A stretch of 64,000 nucleotides of DNA from Myxococcota bacterium. GTDB lineage: Bacteria; Myxococcota_A; SURF-8; G963663525. The stretch covers positions 128,001 through 192,000 of the forward strand of contig CAXXVK010000067.1 of NCBI GenBank assembly GCA_963676915.2. Reading direction: 5' to 3'. The position numbers and the translations under genes are program-made. This document shows positions 59,396-64,000 of the stretch, one piece after another (position 1 is the first letter of the stretch; each line of letters begins with the position of its first letter). Below the pieces are notes generated by a model that saw only the letters and a program-made list of their open reading frames with translations, did no database searches and had not been told where the DNA came from.

Positions 59396-61756
59396 TCACG
59401 GAAGAGTAACGGAACAATCGGGGGGATTGGGAGCGGAAAGCTTCCAGCGACCTTTTACAGGGCGGATGAGGATCGAACCTTGCTCGTTGGTTTGCCAGAG
59501 ACAGACGGAAAGACTGCGTAGAGTTTCGTGGGTTGCTTGGGGGATTTTGTATTCGGGGGTGCTGTTCGAAATTACAGCAACATGTTTTGCACCGGTTCGT
59601 TCGATAATGGCGCGAAAAGTTGCGCTATGGACCGGTTGTGTCAGCACGACAATCTCGGCCCGCACATTATCGGGGAGATGTTGCCAAAAGCGAACGTCTG
59701 TTCTTTCTGGGTGCGGCACGAAAAGCAGACCGTTGGTTTTCAACCCGAAACGGATGAGTCCTAGCCGGAGAGGGGGCGAGTCCGTGGGGTAAAATTCCAC
59801 CTGCACGGTTGCTGGTGGCCACTTGGGAGTGATCTGCTGCCGACGGGTTTGTGTGCCTCCAAGGCTCAGAAATCCGGAGGGTATCTCTTCGAGCAGGGGT
59901 TCGGGGATGCCGTCCGGGGTTTGTGACAAAGAATACAGCCATCCGAGATTTCGAATTCCACGATGACGCAAGTAAGGGACGATCACACGCTCGTTTTCTT
60001 CCGTACTTGTTTCCACGAACAGCCAAGGAGGATCTTCGTGCCATTCTACAAAGACCGCCGCTCCGCTTCGCAAGTGCAGTAGGCGTAAGGAAGCAGAATC
60101 GGCACGGGGAAAACCGCGTCCCGAGGCAAGTCCCATCGTCAGGAAGGCTAAAGCGACAAAAGAGAGAACGGGACGCTGCAAAATGCTCCAAAACAGAAAA
60201 AGTACACCATACCAGAGGAAGACGAACCAATAAGGGATGGCCGGATGCCAACTGGAAGGCAGAACCTGCACCAGAGGTTCTTGCAACGTGATGGCTAGAC
60301 GAACGGCTTCCGCTCCGATTTCGATCAGAGGAGCGGCGGTCGATCCGAACAGCATCCAGACGGTCAATCCAAGGGCGAACATTGGAAGCGCGGCCAGTGT
60401 GACCAGCGGTACGGCAATGAGGTTGGCGAGAACACCCACCAAGGGAATCATGCCGAAACGCCAGGCGATGATCGGCAAGGTAGCGAGAAAGCAGACGAAC
60501 GAACTGATCAAAATGGACAAAAAATACGTTCGAACGCGCAAAAGCAGTCGTTTGGCGGGAGAGTCTGTCGCCATGGGTAACGAGAGCGCATACAAGCGCC
60601 GAGGGATCATGGTCAAGATGGCCAGCACCGAAACGAAACTGAGTTGAAACGAGAGATCGAAAAGAGCCGAAGCGTCGAAAATCAGTATGATAAAAGCGGC
60701 GAGAAACAGGCTGTTTAGAGCATCCGAGCGACGAAGCAGAAGTTTCGAAAGCAGGTACGTGGTGACCATCACGCCCGCTCGTAATGTGGAAAGATGAAAC
60801 CCGGCCAACGCAGCGTAGGTCCACAAAATAGGCAAAGTTACTCCGGCTGAAAGACGGTCGGCTTCACAATACATCAGCAATCGAGGGGCGAAGCGTAAAG
60901 ATTGTCGAACCAGCAGAAAAACGAACAATGCAACAATACCCAGATGCAATCCGCTGATGGCCAGCAGGTGTGCGGTTCCTGCACGGGAAAACAGTTGCCT
61001 TACTTCCGGGTCGATGAATTTACGCATTCCGACCGTAAGAGCCAGAACCCAGCCGACATCTTCGGGAGCGAATCGTTTTTCGATGAATCGTGCAAATTCG
61101 CTGCGTCGCTGTGTAAGGAACGAGGAAAAAGGAGCCGGTTGGGTGGTATGCAGGGACCGAGCATCGCGAATATAAGCGGTAGCGAAAATGTCGCGTCGGC
61201 CAAGATAAGAGGCGTAGTCGAATGCTCCCGGATTTCCTTCGCTGCGAACCGGCCGCAGGCGGGCATCGAAGCGGATGCGTTCGCCTCCCTTTTGCTCGGG
61301 TCCGGGAGATGCGACATACAAAAGCAATTTCCCATTGCATGGCGTGGGTCGGTTGTCTGAGAGGAAGCAGGTTTCGACATCGACAAGAACGTGCCAGCTT
61401 TTCCGGGCTTTTTCAGGAGAGCCGTTAATGCGGCCTTCCAGTGTCAGATGATCCCCATGGGAATCGAGACAATGGATGTAATGGTTCTCTTGTGGTGGAA
61501 GATGATGCAGCAATCCCAGTTCGAAACCGAACGCGAAACCAAACAGAGCCAACCAACCGAGCGCGGCGATTGTGCGGCGTTTTCGCAGGCCGAACGGAAT
61601 GGCAAGAACCACCACCAACCCCAGGATTACCAGGGTTGGTGTGGAACTTTCGCAGCGGTCGCCTGCGACGATACCCGGGGCCATCGCCGAAACCAGTACG
61701 ACGAGCGGGCGACCCGATAGAGATTGAAAACGGTTATGCCACGAAGACAGCGGCAC
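59396..61756 (-). CDS. comEC: ComEC/Rec2 family competence protein
   Basis: DUF4131 (NPGAFDY.SYL), AGTAHLLAISGLH, RAGVM, FQLSF, ANLIAVP; degenerate C-terminal metallo-beta-lactamase-like domain. Confidence 0.9.
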   Translation of the reverse strand: MPLSSWHNRFQSLSGRPLVVLVSAMAPGIVAGDRCESSTPTLVILGLVVVLAIPFGLRKRRTIAALGWLALFGFAFGFELGLLHHLPPQENHYIHCLDSHGDHLTLEGRINGSPEKARKSWHVLVDVETCFLSDNRPTPCNGKLLLYVASPGPEQKGGERIRFDARLRPVRSEGNPGAFDYASYLGRRDIFATAYIRDARSLHTTQPAPFSSFLTQRRSEFARFIEKRFAPEDVGWVLALTVGMRKFIDPEVRQLFSRAGTAHLLAISGLHLGIVALFVFLLVRQSLRFAPRLLMYCEADRLSAGVTLPILWTYAALAGFHLSTLRAGVMVTTYLLSKLLLRRSDALNSLFLAAFIILIFDASALFDLSFQLSFVSVLAILTMIPRRLYALSLPMATDSPAKRLLLRVRTYFLSILISSFVCFLATLPIIAWRFGMIPLVGVLANLIAVPLVTLAALPMFALGLTVWMLFGSTAAPLIEIGAEAVRLAITLQEPLVQVLPSSWHPAIPYWFVFLWYGVLFLFWSILQRPVLSFVALAFLTMGLASGRGFPRADSASLRLLHLRSGAAVFVEWHEDPPWLFVETSTEENERVIVPYLRHRGIRNLGWLYSLSQTPDGIPEPLLEEIPSGFLSLGGTQTRRQQITPKWPPATVQVEFYPTDSPPLRLGLIRFGLKTNGLLFVPHPERTDVRFWQHLPDNVRAEIVVLTQPVHSATFRAIIERTGAKHVAVISNSTPEYKIPQATHETLRSLSVCLWQTNEQGSILIRPVKGRWKLSAPNPPDCSVTLP

Positions 61757-61759
61757 GGC

Positions 61760-64000
61760 TTAGCAAGCTTTGCGTTTTCTCAGTACAAAGAATCCAAGAC
61801 CAACAAGCCAAAGCAGTATCCATCCCGCATGTGAGGGATTTGAAGCGCTCTGACATCCTCCAGCGGCACCGGAGGAAGGTTCGTCCTGGTCGGCGGAAGG
61901 AGGCTCCCACTTATCGCTTTCGCCGATGACGGGGGCGTCGTATTCCGTCGCGGTTTCGAAGTCGCTGTCCAGGTCGATTTCTTCTTCGGCCAATTCTTCA
62001 ACTTCTGCAGCGCTGTCTTCAAGCTCGGCGAGATCCTCTTCGGGTTCGTCAAGGTCGTTTTCTTTCTCGATTTCTTCGTTATCGAAGTCGATATCGTCGA
62101 TTTCTTCTTCCTCGATGTCGATTTCGTCCTCATCGCCATCGATTTCTTCTTCCTCGACCTGGCATTCCTCGCGAGTGACGGATAGCACGTATCCTCCGAT
62201 TTCACGGCGGGAACAGGCCGTGGATGATTTGGAGTCGACGACGAGCAGCAGGTTTTCTTCGGTGTACGGTCCTTCGATACGGAAAGATTCGGTGCTGTTG
62301 AGTACCCCATCGGAGTGGTATGGCTCGATGCAATCCGCTTCACAGGTTTCTGCGATAGCGTACAGCGCTAGATCGTTGGCCGAGTCCACCAAAAGACGGA
62401 CGTCGTAACAATACCCACTCTCCAACGGCAAACGATAGAACACATCGTTTCCGGCTGTGGAACTTCGAGCACAGGGAACGTTGACTTCGATGTTGTTGGT
62501 ATTATTGCATAAATGGCTGTCTTTCTGGAACGTTTGCGTAGCGTCATCGAAAATGACCAATGAGGGCGAGCTGCAGAGGTTTCCTGCAGAAGCCGCAATG
62601 CAGGTGCCGTTGTAACAGATCTTGCTCCCGGAAAGTTCCGGCTCGTCGCAGGGTTGACCGTTGGCTTTACTTTCTACAACACAGCCTGAAGACAGATCGC
62701 AATAGTAATTTGTCGTGCAGGGGTCGTCGTCCCGGCAGGCTTCGTCGTCGGGAACGTGCGTGACTTCTTCCAGATCCTCGTTGCATTCGTCGATCGTACA
62801 AGAGATACCGTCGGATACTTCTGGTGCAGGTTCGTGCAGGCAGCCTGTATCCGGGTTGCAGGTGTCCACTCCCGTACACCACAGCCCGTCGCTGCAACGA
62901 GCGTCGTCCGGTTCGTGCAGTACTGTGCCGAGGGTGTCGTCACATGAATCGATGGTGCAATAAATCTGGTCCGTGACTACGGGAACATCGATGTATTTTA
63001 CGCAGCCTCGACCATCGGCGTCTGCGGAATCGAAATCACAGATCTCCAGTCCATTGCAATAGAGTCCGTCATCGCACCATTCATCAACGGGTAAATGCCG
63101 GAAGTGGGGAGATTCCGGGAAGCAACTGTCGTCGGTACAGGCGATACCGTCGTTTTCTACCGGTGGACGTCCCTGAACGCAGCCGGTGGCTAAAGCATTT
63201 TCGTTTGTCGGATCGCAGGTTTCCTGTCCGTCGCAATAGTTACGGTTATCGCAATAATCGTCGCGTGGAGTATTTAGAACGACATTGTTCGCTTCATCAC
63301 ATACATCATCCGTGCAGTCGAAACCATCATCCACTTGAGGAACGGTGCCGACCTGACATCCCAACAACTCGTCACAGTATTCGCTACCATCGCAAAATTG
63401 TCCGTTATTGCACACCGCGTGGTCCAGAATTCGACGGATTTCGTAGCCGGTTTCCGACGTGTCGGAGCGTACACAGATGTCCAATGTACAGTCTATGCCG
63501 TCATCGATGTCGTCGGGAGGGTCTATATTCAGGATGCAACCCGATTCCTCGTCATAATTTTCGGGGTCGAACTCATTGCTTTCGGGATAACTTGGGTCAC
63601 ATAGTTCACTGCCGTTGCAGGCGTTGTCATCGTCGCAATTGTCTTGATCATAAGGGACGTGAACCAGAACGTCGTTTTCTTCGTCGCAACTATCCCGTGT
63701 GCAGGACAATTCATCGTCGACAAAATCGCCTTCAAAGGCGATGCAACCGGCCGCATTGGCGAATTGGTCGGTTGGATCACAGATTTCCGGGCCATCGCAG
63801 AAGATTCCGTTGGAACAGTTTTCATCATTGTTGGAATGAAGAATCTGTCGGTCTTCCTCGACGCAGAAATCTTCCGTGCAATCCCATCCGTCGCTCATGT
63901 CCAGGGGGATTCCCGGCGTGCATCCCGCATCGTTGGCTTCTTCGGCTTCCGGGTCGCAGATTTCCGATCCGTTGCAGAACAGACCATCCTGGCAGGTTCG
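61760..64000 (-). CDS. Cys/Asp-rich repeat surface protein with MYXO-CTERM-like sorting tail (5' end outside window)
   Basis: Frame is open to the window edge; repeated C.DG..C.G.E.CD...GC...DG..CT.D.C.E units; acidic linker; GGC + TM + RKRK C-terminus. Confidence 0.8.
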   Translation of the reverse strand, partial: RTCQDGLFCNGSEICDPEAEEANDAGCTPGIPLDMSDGWDCTEDFCVEEDRQILHSNNDENCSNGIFCDGPEICDPTDQFANAAGCIAFEGDFVDDELSCTRDSCDEENDVLVHVPYDQDNCDDDNACNGSELCDPSYPESNEFDPENYDEESGCILNIDPPDDIDDGIDCTLDICVRSDTSETGYEIRRILDHAVCNNGQFCDGSEYCDELLGCQVGTVPQVDDGFDCTDDVCDEANNVVLNTPRDDYCDNRNYCDGQETCDPTNENALATGCVQGRPPVENDGIACTDDSCFPESPHFRHLPVDEWCDDGLYCNGLEICDFDSADADGRGCVKYIDVPVVTDQIYCTIDSCDDTLGTVLHEPDDARCSDGLWCTGVDTCNPDTGCLHEPAPEVSDGISCTIDECNEDLEEVTHVPDDEACRDDDPCTTNYYCDLSSGCVVESKANGQPCDEPELSGSKICYNGTCIAASAGNLCSSPSLVIFDDATQTFQKDSHLCNNTNNIEVNVPCARSSTAGNDVFYRLPLESGYCYDVRLLVDSANDLALYAIAETCEADCIEPYHSDGVLNSTESFRIEGPYTEENLLLVVDSKSSTACSRREIGGYVLSVTREECQVEEEEIDGDEDEIDIEEEEIDDIDFDNEEIEKENDLDEPEEDLAELEDSAAEVEELAEEEIDLDSDFETATEYDAPVIGESDKWEPPSADQDEPSSGAAGGCQSASNPSHAGWILLWLVGLGFFVLRKRKAC

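Noticed and set aside
59667-60824. 385-aa alternative-frame ORF inside comEC, and similar long shadow ORFs (20407-21345, 26748-27611, 11128-11952, 55160-55915)
   Set aside because: They overlap well-supported genes, show no recognisable motifs and are expected in GC-rich coding DNA.

Overview
The window comes from a deltaproteobacterial (probably Myxococcota-like) chromosome. Evidence for this: a RomX-like gene next to rluD, a myxobacterial-type PrkA, acidic lipoproteins, and a Cys-rich repeat protein with a MYXO-CTERM-like tail. 1-3.8 kb is the end of an rRNA operon (16S 3' end, tRNA-Ile, tRNA-Ala, 23S, 5S). 4-21.5 kb holds mostly intact housekeeping and envelope genes (FHA protein, MFS, nadK, lspA, plsB, GT-C-like membrane protein, lipoprotein, acyltransferase, PrkA, amidohydrolase, romX, rluD), interrupted by a GTAG-type REP doublet, a 182-bp MITE and an AT-rich AbiJ/HEPN-like gene. 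21.6-52.9 kb looks accessory: multi-PAS hybrid kinases with an HD-GYP regulator, an AraC/alcohol dehydrogenase/cupin detox cluster, a DUF1566 lipoprotein with 21-bp repeats, MarR/DUF2269, and integrase and ATPase remnants. It also holds a self-contained sigma-54 locus (USP, CMK-like membrane protein, TauE, REC, PEP-dikinase-like protein, HAMP kinase, NtrC-type activator, and a divergent non-catalytic paralog of the dikinase-like protein) with visible -24/-12 promoters and palindromic enhancer-like sites. A candidate ~150-nt structured ncRNA lies divergent from trkAH. 53-64 kb holds trkA, trkH, an acyltransferase, a lipoprotein, a ParA plus phasin-like gene pair, comEC and a truncated Cys-rich surface protein. 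Seven single-base frameshifts cluster in 27-49 kb and may be sequencing errors. All calls come from reading the sequence and recalling motifs; no database searches were run.
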